A stretch of 53,876 nucleotides of DNA, counting the filler, from Mitosporidium daphniae (lineage: Eukaryota): the NCBI RefSeq assembly GCF_000760515.2. It is 2 parts of 2 records of this genome, joined end to end, with 100 filler letters (N's around TTAATTAATTAA, not from the genome) between each part and the next. Parts side by side here need not be neighbours in the genome. Positions count along the whole stretch, not along the records: positions 27,140 to 53,876 come from NW_013546158.1; 1 more part is not named here. One strand, written 5' to 3'. The notes below the pieces were generated by a model, which was not told the origin of the DNA, searched no databases, and saw only the letters and a program-made list of their open reading frames with translations. Made by a program: the position numbers and the translations under genes. Positions 27,140-40,145 of this stretch are shown here, piece by piece (within the stretch, counting starts at the first letter, position 1; every line of letters begins with the position of its first letter).

Positions 27140-27433
27140 ATGATATGTTTCTTTCTTTTTAGAAGCGCAAAGCCAATATTAAATAAACGCAGTTATGATT
27201 GCATCTTTTGAGCTTTCTGTATTAACAAACGGACCTAATGGCATTTTTAGACGTTTCCCTGCGGTTTTTCATGATTTGTAAGCCCGCAAATCTCGTTCCA
27301 CACTTGGAAATATAGATGTCCAGACTGGCAAATCAGGCCCCTTCTTATAATGCATCCTTGAAGAGATACCATGTGCCATTAGCCTGTATATTAAATGCAA
27401 TGCAGCGATTTTAAAAAGAAAGAAACATATCAT
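27140..27433. mobile_element. Candidate MITE-like element bounded by 22-bp perfect inverted repeats
   Basis: ATGATATGTTTCTTTCTTTTTA (27140-27161) is the exact reverse complement of TAAAAAGAAAGAAACATATCAT (27412-27433). No coding capacity inside. Confidence 0.45.
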
Positions 27434-27993
27434 TTCGTAATTCGGTTGCGGTATGGCTAACCGATAGGATTGGTAGCGAAAACTATCCTACCTCCCGCAC
27501 GACAAATGTGCACTGATAAATGAAAAATCCGGCCAATGGCCTTTAAAGGCAAATTTGGGCCGGAAATATCTTTTGCTTTTTGTGAAAATATTCGCAAATG
27601 CTAACCCTGCGCTACCTTGCTGTATGATCTTTTTTGTTGTTCTTGTGCAAAAAAGATATCTGGCTTTCAAGCTAATCCTTGTCCAGTCTTGAGGACCGAG
27701 CCTTTGGACTTGCAACCCGAAATTTGTTGTCTCCATGTACATATGCAATGTTTCGCCGGAAAATCTGGAGCCTCTAATAAGCTCCTTCATGCAGCGTGCT
27801 TAAAGAAACTCCACATGCGCAGAAGTACAGATGGGTGGTCGTCACTCGCATCATGCCGTGCATCATGATCATCAGGATTTTTAAATTGCACAAAATTTTA
27901 ACGCAAGGCAACCCTAACGTGGTCAAATAGAATTCAAATTTGGGCGTACACAACACGCATGCCAACGTTCACGACGCAACATTGCTTTTAATT

Positions 27994-30636
27994 TCAATAA
28001 AACTCATCTTCAAATGCGCCGCCAATGCTGGTGGAGGAAGATTTCACGGCATTCATCTGCAAATTGTACATCTCTGCAATCTAAATGCATAAGTGGTTTG
28101 ACAGCAAAGCGAATTACCAAAGACGAACGAGTAGCATCTTCGGGCTTTTTGTCTTCGCGTATTCTAATGAACCTCGGAAAGCGAAGCGAAATGCCTTTTG
28201 AAGGATCAACCTATAGGATAATCAAGCTATCAAATTGCTACAAGGCCCCTAGCTGCGGTATACAGTGGTGAAATAGAAAGATCTGCCGTCTTAATTTCCC
28301 AGACCTAGGAATCAGAGGGGTTCTGGTTACTCTCTTTGGCTCAAACCATACATCTGGCTTTATATTTTCAGTGACATCATAGTGCAGAGGAGGAATGGGG
28401 ATGATAAGATTTTTAAATTCGATCGAGTGTTGCTCCAGCTCTGCTTCCGAAAATCCGGTTCCAAGCTTACATATTGCTTGGAAGCGAAAGACGTCCATGT
28501 CATTCCCATCGGCAGGATCCTCATCTTCCGCGTGATCGGAAGAACCTTCAGCATCATGCGCCTGCCTTTTATCTGTTTTCCAATAATTGTTGTCATCATC
28601 CGCAACATCAATAGATGCAAGCAGAAAGCCACCAAACACACCTGCCCGTTTTCCTCTGCCAAAATAGCCTCCAATCACCACCAGGTCGAGTGAATCGCAG
28701 GCCGTAGAATTCAAGTAATCCTTCTTGATTTTGAGCCAATTTCTGGATCGTTTTGAGGGCTCATACCAGGAGCACTCGTTATCGAGCGTCTTTACCATCA
28801 ACCCCTCGCATCCGTCTAAAAATTAAAAGGTTCCAATAGCGAACACCTGTGATTGACCTTTCCAAGTATTCCTGGATTTGCTCTACCTTTGTGCAATCCA
28901 AATAGGAGGCGTGATAAAAACACCCTTCCTCGATGGGAAAATTCGAATGAAGCAGCTGTCTTCTTTCTCGAAAAGAGGTTCTAAGCAAAGGGGTTTCGTT
29001 CAAATAAAGTAAATCAAAAGCAAAAAGGACAACATGCACCTGCACACTATCAATGGTAACATCCTAAAAGGAGAGAAAAGGGATACCTTTCTTTTTCTAG
29101 TGCTAAGTACTTGGAAGGGGAGGATCTTGTTACTGACCGGGTCCCAAGCAACCGCCTCGCAGTCTAATACAAAGGATTTCAACGGCATCTTGCAATTTTC
29201 CATGCTTTTGGACAAGTTGGAAATGATATCTGGATACTTTTGGGACATGTCCTCGAGATTCCGTGAAAACAAGGAGCATTTCATGGGCGAACTGTCGAGC
29301 TTTGAATAATGAACCTGACAGCGCTCTCCGTCATATTTGTATTCACAAGTGAATGGAATCGACTCGAATCGATCAAGAACCTCGGTAAGAGCAAAGGTTG
29401 GATGTGCCAGCATAGGGCGAATGGGACACCCTGGTTCCATTTTGACCTTGCTGGTGATGGTTGCAATACCGCCCTCCGCGATATCCATCAAATGGGGAAT
29501 AATTCTCTCATATGCCGGAATTTCACTAGCAAGAAGGGAAAAGTCGGCAAAGTTACCTGAACACAGACTTTATCATGGAGACGCCATCTTCAAGCGCGGC
29601 ATCAAGGCCCTTTTTGAAAAAGGCCTTTTTAATTTCGACGGGGCCTCCTTGAAACTGATGAAGAAACTGCACAGATGCCTGCGCAAGAGCAATCAGTACG
29701 GATTGCTCTGCAAGTCCAATACGAAGTTTTCCCTCAAGAGAGCGGATAAGATACTTGGGCTCGCTTCCCCTACATGCCACGAGTAGCGAGTGCACGCGAT
29801 CTGTTTTCCGAGAAACAGCCTAAAAAGAAAGAATTGAATTCCAACATTTGATCCAGAAATCTGAGCAACCTCTCTTAAAGTCTTGAACACATGAGAAAGG
29901 GTAAGTGGTTTTGGAGCCAACATGGTGGTTTGTGTGTGTCTGCTGCTCTAATGTCAATTATGTAAGCACTAAGGTACCTGCATCACCTTTCCCAGATCTC
30001 CCAACCGAGAAACATCTGCTTTGATGGAGGCAACGGATTTTCCAGAAGATGATGCAACTGCTCTGATTAGCAGAGACTCTCCAAGACCCAACTCCAAGCC
30101 TTCGAAAATAGGTCCCACCTACAAGTATCACCAAAAAAGGCGTTTACCCTATTGAGACACAAGTAAATCGAATACAGCAGCTGATTCCTGCATTTTCCCT
30201 CGCTTTCCTGCACCATCAGCTTGAAAAAGAATGCAGACAAAACGCCTTGGATAGCAAGCCTAGATGTAAGAAGCAAAAAAACCTCTTTGTTGTGGCTTCT
30301 ATCTTTTCAAATGCCTCCGCAAGCTCAAGATATGGAATGCTTCCACTAAATCGTAAGAAGCTCAATACAAACGCCTCGTCATTTGCCGATACAGTATCAT
30401 CAAGGGCAGCTTTATTTTGCCTGAAAAATGGCTGTATAGGTGTGTCCTTCTGAAAAGCAAAACTCAACCTCGGCTGGAGTATGTCATTGTGAATTTGAGA
30501 CAAATTCTCGTCGGAAGTCACGACATTGTTGTCTGCAGTTCCCAATGGTACGTTTGATGACATGGGCTTTCCAAAAAAACTCCTAAATTCATGATAAAGC
30601 GTGAAAAGCGTACAATAGGTTCTTATGATGCGACAT
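27994..30636 (-). CDS. CDC9: DNA ligase I
   Basis: N-terminal PIP-like HKNLLSFF across intron 30583-30613; [14 protein letters not shown] (motif I), [42 protein letters not shown]. Many short introns. Confidence 0.95.
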
Positions 30637-30839
30637 TCGGCGAACTAGCAGTCGAAACGAATAACTCGGATTGATCCAAATTTTTGGACTTGCAAGTTGG
30701 TAACTCGATTAATTTTTATTAGCGTAACCAACCCTGATTAGGGTATTAAATTTTATGGCCAGTGGGTTCTGTGCATATACATATGGCAGCGGAACCACAA
30801 CGCGAATATTGGAATGCTGCCAGGTGCAACCGGAATAAT

Positions 30840-33800
30840 TTAAAATTTATTGAGCAAATTTTTCCAGGGCGAAAATGAGTTGTGTTTGATGGCAGGGGGC
30901 TTTGTTTCGCTTTCGGAAATCGGAAACACATCTATAAATCGAGACCCTAGAAAAAGGAAACAAAAGTACCTTTTTTGGCATTGTCCTTGTCACCACCCTC
31001 ATCGTCGCTAATGATTGTTTCAATGGGAGCGCAAAAAATCCCCTCACACTGGGAGTCCTCAATCTGAATGTAGTCTTTTTCGCAATGTGGTTCCTCCGTA
31101 TTTTCCTGCATTTCCTCCAGCAAACGGGGCATTTGAAACATTTCTTTTATCTCTTGATGGATCATATTATCACTTTTTGGCATCTGATGCCGATCATCGG
31201 CTTTGAGCTCGTCCTTTTTTGCACTGAAATTTCTCCAATTATTCATAAAAGTCGATAGCGAGGCAGTACTGTCCGCATAGCTGGGATATACCTTGACATT
31301 GTTTCTAACCCACTTTGAAAGTTGCTGCTGGTTCCTAGCATTTACAAATCGCTTTTCCAATAGGATAATAGCACCCCAATCATTGCGATGCCGAAGACAC
31401 CTGCCTAAAGCCTGATTCAATGCCCGATATGCTTGAATTTCGTACCTAAAAAATCAATCGTCATTGGGCACCATTGGCTGCCCGTAAGAAGGCCCTTGCT
31501 CAATGCGTATCTGGTATTGAAATCTTTTTTCGCGGTGATCTGAATATCTTTAGCAGAGGGAAATGGAATCCCAATCGCTATAACGGCCCGGGCGTTATCA
31601 TCGATAAAATCAAGCCCCTCAGATACTTTTCCTCTGTAAACGGCAATCAAAATGGCACCGCCGCTATCTTTTCCCGTCTTCTTTGCTTGTAAAGTTGAGG
31701 CGGCAATCGATTCATAATACTCATCAAGAAGCTCTTGAAAGCCATTTCCAGACACATTCTGAGGCTCTACGACTAGAATATTGATTTACCTATCAACACC
31801 CGTTTTATCTGCGAAAGCTTCGCGAAAAGGCCAGTAGATTTCCACCGTGTGATAGCCTTCTTAAGGAAAGAATACGAAGGGACAAAACACAAAACACCAT
31901 GCGGAATAAGGGGAAGATATCCAAGAATCGCAAGCCCCATTTCATCTTGGAACGAAAAGGAGTCCAGCGATCGATAAACGCCCTCGTTGTCAAGCCCATT
32001 TGGCGAGCGGGGAACAACACCAACCCAAACTTGGTTTGGCGAAATAACATGGTTCGCCTCCAGCCGATGCCCAAATGCCGTTTGCAGCTCAGAAGCAAAT
32101 GAGCCCATCTACTGTTAGCATGNCACAGCATTACGGGGGAGAGGGTTCCGCTTGTAAGGATGATAGATTTGGCCTCCTGTGCCATGGGCCCAAAAATAAT
32201 GCCCGGATTGAGACACCAAAACGAGAGCTTATATGCCCTCTTTGAGGTACCGTGATCGCCTACAATTATGTGATGGGGTGCCTAACCATGATGTACGATA
32301 TAGTCATTAAGAGCCATCTTATAATCTGACAGGTGCTTTTGGTAGTTTTCCTCAAATACAAACTTGAGGATAAACAACAGCCCTGCGAGAACAGTTTGGG
32401 CCCCGCTGGATAAAAAGGACAGCTTTTCTTTCTCCTTTTGATCCAAGTCGCGCTCTAGCTCCTGAGAGCGCTCCATTTTCTTCTTAAAGTCGCTGTAATA
32501 GAAAATGCTAAAGCCAGCTGCATCGATGGTGGACTGAATCTCGGAACCATCCCATCTATTGATAAACGGACAACAAATGCTTACAAGTAAATTTTGCTTT
32601 CATATTGAGCAATCGGTGCTTTCCCCTTGGGCGGCGATTTGAGGAACGTCAACATTTTGAAGATAATCTAAAAGAAAAGCCACCGTCACACTTACACCCT
32701 TCAAAAAAGTATAGATGTCTCGGAGCTCCGAAGAAACCCCTTCAAGTGTGTGGGAATTGTTTTTCTTCCCATAAACCATGCTTAGATTGACGAGCTCATT
32801 TTCGATCACTGAAATAAATAAAAATGCCTACTCTCCAGCCGATCATTAGTAACCTCATAGCTACCCGCTTCTCTGGCGGTGTCTTCAATGTTGTGGGCCT
32901 CATCAATAATGACGACATTGTCCTTGATGTTGATTGCCATTGCTGTCCTGACTTGCGGGTCACAAAGGTAATTGTAAGGTGCAAACACAACTTCTGCCTC
33001 TTGAGCAAGAGCCCTGGAAGCATAATATGGACACCCTGCCATTTGAGCAACCAAAAAATACCCTTCACATCGCGGCCATTTTCCACCAGATCTTCGATAT
33101 CCCAGATGGTATCTTTCATCGCCTTTGCCAAGTTGTCTGCCCGATGGTAGTATTTGCAGGCACCATCTTTGACCATTTCCTTGCTGGAGGTAAACAAAAA
33201 TTTTAGGTACCATTTTTCGTTCGGATCCGCTGAGTTCAATGCTGCATTCTGAAGACATAAATGATTTCGGCTGCCTAGGACTGCCATTTTCGGCCTATAG
33301 GAAGTAGATCCAAGTTCTTTAACTAGTTGTGTAATTTGCCGATGTGTTCTAGAGCATATATAAATTTTTGAAACGCTAGGAGGCAGCTCTTTTTTGAAAA
33401 GAATTTCTTGTGGTAATTCCTCCGTCGAAAGCGACGCACATTTTGCGCCTTTTCGGGACTTTTGATGGTGGAGCCAACTCAGAACCGAGCATAAAAGTGA
33501 AAGGCTTTTGCCACTGCCGGTCGGGCTCTCGAGAAGAGCGTTTTCGCTGGTTGGCGCACTCAATGCACGAGTAATCTGCAGCGATAAGCGCAAAACTTGC
33601 CTACCTTATCCATCATATTGAGCTGGCATGCATATGCCTTGTAAGGGAAGTTTACACTGATCCCGTTGATCGTATAAACCTGCTGGTCTTGCTTCCTGTA
33701 ATACTTTTCCTGCTTTTCATCGGCATTCTTTGGAGAGGATTTGTCTTTCGCAGCCTTTGACTGCCCTAACTGAGGCCGCTTTGGAATAAACAGAAGATCA

Positions 33801-33880
33801 AGCTTTGATGCGGACTTTTTCTTGGCTGCAGAAGATGGCGGCAGAAACTCTCTCTTTCTTTTGACCTTGTCTTCATTCAT
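30840..33880 (-). CDS. BRIP1: FANCJ/BRIP1-like Fe-S DNA helicase (XPD/Rad3 family)
   Basis: FPYKAYACQL.MM, ALLESPTGSGKSLSLLC, SRTHRQITQL, IDEAHNIED, LTSGTLSP, LEANHVI, RGKVSEGLDF, NQALGRCLRHRNDWGAI. Multi-intron; 3' end assumes a terminal intron near 30947-30969. Confidence 0.85.
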
Positions 33881-33932
33881 AAAAGAGAGCAAAAAATTAA
33901 TTTATAAAATCGGCGGATTAATTGCCCTGCCA

Positions 33933-34842
33933 ATGGAGCTAAACTCGCTGAAATTGCCAAACTCAATACTTGTACAGTATGGTGCAACAGGTTGCATGGC
34001 TACTTCGGTCGAGCGCGAACGGTATTTGCATCCATTTATCATACCGTAGCTTGCAAGCAGAGCTGGCATTTCCGCCTCCGGACATAATATTTTTAAATTC
34101 TATTTTAAAGATCTCCTTGCACGGAAAAGAAATCCTGTCATGGAGCCCCTACTTAATTTTAAAGGATATCCTGAAGGAACCCCCTGCCCTATTTAATAGT
34201 CCTCAATGTTTGGACAAAATTTCGCCCAAATGGAGCCCTATAGCTTCAATTGCACCCTCGCCGTTCAAATATGATTGGACGTTTTCGTCCATGTATAATG
34301 GGATGGTCAATTCCGACACACGTCATGACGCGTTTATTGGCAGCCAACAGTTGGACCTGGTATTTGATAAAAAAATACTCCAAAAAAACAGGGATGACCC
34401 CATCGCCACGGCATTGTCCTTTTTGGTCTACGAAGATGAACTTGGCGATATGGGAAAAAGCGTATTTTCGTGTCGAATCAGAATTACCACGAGATACATG
34501 TTCATCCTTACAAGATCATGGCTGGAGCTGCCGATGCAAGGCATATATCGGTCAATTGAAAATCGATGGATGTGCTATGTTGACATGTGCCCGCCTTCGT
34601 TTCGACATGAATTTTGCATAAAAGAGCTCGTCAATACAAATTGCCACCTAAATCGTGAAAATGTCGACGATGTTTTCAGAGATGCCGAAGCCGCCAAGTT
34701 GGATGTGATCCGTGAGCACATTAAAATTGTAAACTTTTGCTTTTTGGCGATCTTTAAATTGACAAGGGTTGCACCAATGCTATTTATGTTCCTTCCCCAT
34801 TGGTATCAGGGCATTCGATTGATTGTGCAAAATCATTATTAG
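33933..34842 (+). CDS. TIP41: TIP41-like (PP2A/TOR regulator)
   Basis: PPPDIIF.NS, YDWTFSSMYNG, YEDELGDMGKS..SCRIRI. Intron at 34022-34049. 3' end uncertain. Confidence 0.8.
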
Positions 34843-34875
34843 CGCCTATTCGATGAAGTTTGATTTTTTGCTTTA

Positions 34876-36027
34876 ATGAGAACGATTTGTGACCGGCCTC
34901 ACAAAGCCTGTAGCAATTTAATAATTCCAACCGAACTAAGTAATTCGCCGATTATCGAATCGGCAACCATAAGTCACACAATCTCAAAAGAGAGCTTTAT
35001 TAAACGGCCCTCGCGGCTACTTGGCTTGATTCGAAGCTTTTTTTCGGTCGTCAAAGCATCAAGTCAATTCCACGAGCACAACCAGGATTTCGCCCATTTT
35101 GTCGTGATCTCCGGAAACAGCGGTAGCAATCAGATGAATACGCATTCTGGAATTCCTCTACTAATGAGATACCCGGAGTTTCTTTCAAAATACTCGCTGC
35201 TTCCCAAAAAAGTAATTGGAAAGGGCACTTTTGGAAGCATCCACTTGGCATCGAGTAAGTGTGACCCGTCAAAGCTGTTTGCCGTCAAGATTTTCAACAA
35301 ATGCAGAAGCAAGGCTGCAGCAGAGGCTTACTTCACACATCTTTCATCGGAATTTCTGATCGGAGTCTCTTTGCACCACAAAAATATTGTTGAAACTTAT
35401 GAGCTGGTAAGGTATGGGCCAACATGGCTAGAAATCATGGAGTATTGCAAAGGAGGTGATCTTTTTGAATCAATTCAAAAGAAGCGCCTGTCGCAAAAGG
35501 TTGCCGACTTTTTCTTTACAGAGCTCCTTTCTGGGATCCATTACCTGCATTCGCTGGGCATAGCCCATTGTGATTTGAAGCCAGAAAATATTCTCATCTC
35601 TTCAGACAACCATGTCAAAATTGCCGATTTTGGAGCCTCTTGCCACTTTTCCATATTAGATAAAGACTGCATTCAACAAGGTGTCCATTCAATTGAAGAA
35701 GAATTATGTAGGGGTGTATGCGGCTCGCTCCCATATACAGCGCCGGAGATTTTAACAATGGGGCCATATGATCCCGCTCCAGTTGATATCTGGTCGTTGG
35801 GCATAATTTACTTTGTCATGATATTCCACAAAATCCCGTGGCATGAGGCTTCTGCGCAAAAAGACGAAAAATATTTAACGCAGCGAGAAAAGTTCGACCC
35901 CATTTCCAGACTCCCAACTCCAATGGCCAAAATCTTGTGCAAAATGCTAGAACCCCACCCTGCGTCCAGAATTACAATCAATGAACTGATAGGCAATACC
36001 TATATCCAGAACCTCAATTTTGATTAA
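34876..36027 (+). CDS. Ser/Thr protein kinase, HAL/Npr1/Ptk-like
   Basis: GKGTFG, AVKIF, SEFLIGVSLHHKNIVET, HCDLKPEN, DFG, GSLPYTAPE, DIWSLG. Confidence 0.88.
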   Translation: MRTICDRPHKACSNLIIPTELSNSPIIESATISHTISKESFIKRPSRLLGLIRSFFSVVKASSQFHEHNQDFAHFVVISGNSGSNQMNTHSGIPLLMRYPEFLSKYSLLPKKVIGKGTFGSIHLASSKCDPSKLFAVKIFNKCRSKAAAEAYFTHLSSEFLIGVSLHHKNIVETYELVRYGPTWLEIMEYCKGGDLFESIQKKRLSQKVADFFFTELLSGIHYLHSLGIAHCDLKPENILISSDNHVKIADFGASCHFSILDKDCIQQGVHSIEEELCRGVCGSLPYTAPEILTMGPYDPAPVDIWSLGIIYFVMIFHKIPWHEASAQKDEKYLTQREKFDPISRLPTPMAKILCKMLEPHPASRITINELIGNTYIQNLNFD

Positions 36028-36128
36028 TAAACTTGAGCACACCCGGCAACATAATGCTCTTCATTTAAAAATAACCCAGCCAAGGCAAGTACCAACTTGG
36101 ACGCAGTTGTGATTTATGATTACGCTAG

Positions 36129-37837
36129 CTAAATCGTTCCAAAGTAGCTGAGAAGATTGGCTTTTAACGAAGCCTGCTTTTTCTTCTTGAGATATTTGCA
36201 TTCTTTTTCGTGAAAGGAATGGGCATCTAGCGAGAAAAATTGTTCTTTTCCACAATGGATACATTTGACAACGCGAATGGGATCTGGAAGTTTCCTATCA
36301 TTACAGCATTTAAAAGAATGGTCAACTCTCATCACCAAAGGGGGCTGCGTGGCAAAGTTTGAAAGCCGAAAGCCGATCAGTCGGAGTGGATAAAGCCCCA
36401 AAATTGAATCCAACAGCTAAAATTAACATTTGCGTAGCCTTTACCTGCTGAGATAGAGGTTCCAACTTCGAATACGAGCTCGATAAGTCGTCCAATGGAA
36501 CAGGGTCTCTTGTCGTCTGGGATCTTGTAAAAACTTGAAAGGTATCGGTTTTTACACGAAGTGTTAGCGTACAACAAAGCATGTTAGCAGGCATTCGAGA
36601 GAGGGCATCAAAAATAACCTCCTTTAAAATTTCAATTGAAGTGTTTCTCAACACAGAAATATCGGTGGTAGGCTGAAAGGACCTATCAACACTAATGCTC
36701 TTCTGAATCCCCAAACAATTACCCTCCTCTTGATCGTCTTCAAAGCCATCTTGTTCATCATGATCATCACTCCTAGTCGAATACAGTCCCAGAGCAGAAA
36801 ACAAAAGTCCTTGCCAATAGTTCGGGTCATCAGCATATATCAGGGCCAGCTTGTATCGGTTTTGGAAAATGTCGCCACAAGTACGGATTTCAAATGCGGT
36901 GCCAAGAATTTGCTCCGAAACAGGGCCAATGCCAGGAAGTTTTCTTATCGACTGTGTTGATAGCCAGTCTTTAATGTATTCAAGCGACGATGGCAGCAAG
37001 AATTGCCCATTTGGTTTATTTACATTTGAAGAGATCTACCATTAGGCATCATGCTGCAAACTATGTTACCTTTGCAAGGGTCCTACAGTAAGCCATACCA
37101 GCAGAGGAGACAAGGCCGGTTTCCAATAAAATCTCCTCCCTAATTTGAGTGACCAGTCTACTCCGGTCTTCTATGGTGGAATTTTTTAACAGATGCGATA
37201 GATTTAAGGATGCTTCGTCAAATGAATGCGAGCGAAGCTTAGGATCATACCTCTAAAATCAGCCACGCTATACACTTACTCGAAGAATTTGTCTTATGCG
37301 CATGCCATACGCTTCGTATATCTTCATGCGAACAGGAAGGATTACCAGATCCGGACATAGTCGCATTGCAATATATCCAGGCATTGCAGAAGCGATTCCG
37401 TATTTGCGAGCAGCATAATTTGCTGTGGATAGCATTGATAGGTGGCCAACTGCCATCGGAATGGCAGCCAAACCGGGGTTAAGCAGCTCTTCAATGGAGG
37501 CGTAAAACGCGTCCATATCCAAATGCATAAAGTATGTCTCTGATTGCAGAACAGACTCGCTTTTTGCAGTTGCCTTTTTTATGGCTGCTTCCACAGTCGA
37601 ATCATTGTGGAGACACTGGGTTTGCCTGATGTTTATAAGTCTCATTTTCAAGTCTTCAACTTGCGCAGAAATCCGTCTTGCCTTTGCATCTATCGAGTGC
37701 TGGAACTTTGACCCCGCTGTGATGGACTTGATCAACGAGCTTATAGATGACTTGTCAACATTTTGAACACCAGACTTGTGTAGAAACGACTGTTCAAATC
37801 CATAAATGGGCTTCTGAACGCCTTCATTGGGTTTCAT
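36129..37837 (-). CDS. POLK: Y-family DNA polymerase kappa (DinB)
   Basis: HLDMDAFYASIE, STANYAARKYGI.SAMPGYIA..LCP, SFDEA, NKPNGQ, IRKLPGIG, KSISVDRSF; C-terminal CxxC..H..C zinc finger and PIP-like NLLSYF. Confidence 0.9.
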
Positions 37838-38018
37838 TTTACGTTGCCCTGTAAAAATCGACCGTAATTTTAATTGTCAATTTGTGCGGCGCACCAAATG
37901 CCAACCCTTCTCAACGGGGCCAATGCATGGAGGCAATTTAATTTCAAATGCAACAGTTGGAAAATAGTTTGCAAACCGGACATCCAAGTTTTTAATTTCA
38001 AATCTTTTAATCATTCTC

Positions 38019-40065
38019 ATGTCCATTTCAAGTGAGGAGGTAAACTACCTCATTTACCGGTATTTGCACGAAGCTGGTACGGTTTCGTTGGCGCTCATTA
38101 ATTTTAGGCTTCCTGCACTCTGCATTTACATTTGGACATGAGTCCTTGATTTACAAGAGCCATTTGAAGGGAGATACTGACGACTATGCTGGTCTATTGG
38201 TCTCTCTTCTTCACAAAGGGCTGTTGTACTTCAAACTGGAATACCACTTATCGGAGGCAAGATACCTTTCCGTTGATCCTTTAGGATGGAACTTCAAAGT
38301 CTTGCAATAAGCCATTTGAATTATTTGAGAGCCATGTGTGTGGAACTGAGGCCGTCATTGACCTTGATTCTGATGACCAACGGAAATCACCTTTGGAACC
38401 GACTGCCAAGTCTACGAAAAAGCCTAAAAGCGATCGTAAAAAGCGGGCAGAGGACGATGTAATAAAAAAGGAGCCGCAACCGTCTTCTTTATCCATGGGG
38501 CCATCATTAACGGAGCCAAAAAAGCAGTCAAAAATGCCTGTCATCGAGCCGCTAAGGGACCAAGATCTGATTGCGGCATCAAAAGAGCCTTTTAATGAGG
38601 TAATTTCGTCCTCCCAGGAGCTTATTGTCTCCTCTCCATTGCCAGAGGAGCTTCAAATAACATCGCCGGTTACCACCCCAAATAGCCATTTCCAAGCAGA
38701 AGCCTTGACCCAATCTGAAATGGAAAAAAGCACATCTATGGACTTGGACCATAAACGTGAAATGGAAGTCCAAAACAACGACCAAAGCGCTCCTGTGCAA
38801 ACGCCATGTGATCTTGAGCTCAAGGTGCAAACCCTAACGCGCCATTCAAAAGGAGTATTTTCTGTTGCCTTTAACCAGTCAACGCCCTCCTTATTGGCTT
38901 CGGCGTATGTTTTTCTATGCTTTATTTTCCTAGTTCTTCAGATGGCACTGCCGTTATTTGGAAGATCGATGACACGGCCAATGGTATGCTTGACAATCCA
39001 CCTGTTCCCTCATCTGCCTCGATTGTTGCTGTTCTTGAGCATGTTGGCGAAGATGGATCTCCAATTGATGCCACAACTGTCGAATGGAGTGTAAGACGAG
39101 TCTTCCAATTTTTCCCTTAGCATTCTGGAAAGCTTCTTTCAACAGGCACATACGATGGTTCGGTGAATATTTGGAATGCACAGGGATCTCTTGTTTGCAA
39201 ATTGACGCACCATACGAGGCCTGTTTTTACTGTCAGATGGAACCCCAAAGATACGTTACTTCTTGCAGCCTCATTTGACAAGTCTGTTTCTCTCTGGAAT
39301 GTGGCTTCTGGAAATAGCTCTTTGTCGACTGCAAATGGATTTTCAAAACCAGTTCCGCATCAAATCTACACGTGCTTCTCAGGGCCTGTGGTATGTGTTT
39401 AACCGATTTCTAATATCTCCAAATAGCTCGATGTGGATTGGAAAAATCCTACCATCTTTGGAGCAGCTTCTGATCATTACATTTACATTTGTAAGGTCGG
39501 CGAATCGGCGCCATTGATGGTTTTTGATGGGCACGTGGCCGAGGTAAACTCGCTTCGTTGGGATCCAACGGGGTCGCTTTTGGCCACCGGTTCGGATGAC
39601 AAAACGGCGAAAATTTGGAGCATGACTCAGGACACGCCTCTTTTGACTCTTTCCGGGCACACCAGAGATGTATACTCCGTGGCATGGTCGCCTTCCCGCG
39701 CGTCCTTGCTGGCAACAGCCTCATTTGACGGCAGCGTTCGGATATGGTCCACTCTTGACGGCTCATCTCTTTTGCTATTTGCCAACCACAAGTTTCCCGT
39801 GTACACAGTCTGCTTCTCCCCAGATGGGACCTATTTGGCATCTGGATCCTACGACAAAAATATACATATTTACAGGCTTTCTATTGAGGAGAGGAACTCT
39901 ACCTTTGCAATCTCTGCAAACACAGCATGCCCCGATGCTACGTTCCAAGATACCGGCGGAATATACGATCTTTCTTGGCATCCCTCTGGGCGGATTCTTG
40001 CGGCTGGAAGCGACTCTGGAAACGTTCAGGTTATCAGCCTTGTCTCTAATGGTCGATCGTTGTAA
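38019..40065 (+). CDS. TBL1: TBL1/Sif2 LisH-WD40 corepressor subunit
   Basis: MSISSEEVNYLIYRYLHEAG|FLHSAFTFGHES LisH motif (intron 38077-38107), followed by WD40 repeats (GHVAEVNSLRWDP.G.LLATGSDDKTAKIWS, LLATASFD.SVRIW). Confidence 0.88.
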
Positions 40066-40145
40066 ATGAAATAAATCCAGCAAGTTGCCACTACGTAGCG
40101 CGGACTTGATGTGAAGCCGATGCACATGTCAAAAAAGTTGTCTTT

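Noticed and set aside
27488..27965. Short ORFs next to the inverted-repeat element as a transposase
   Set aside because: No DDE or HTH motif recognisable and stops in several frames.
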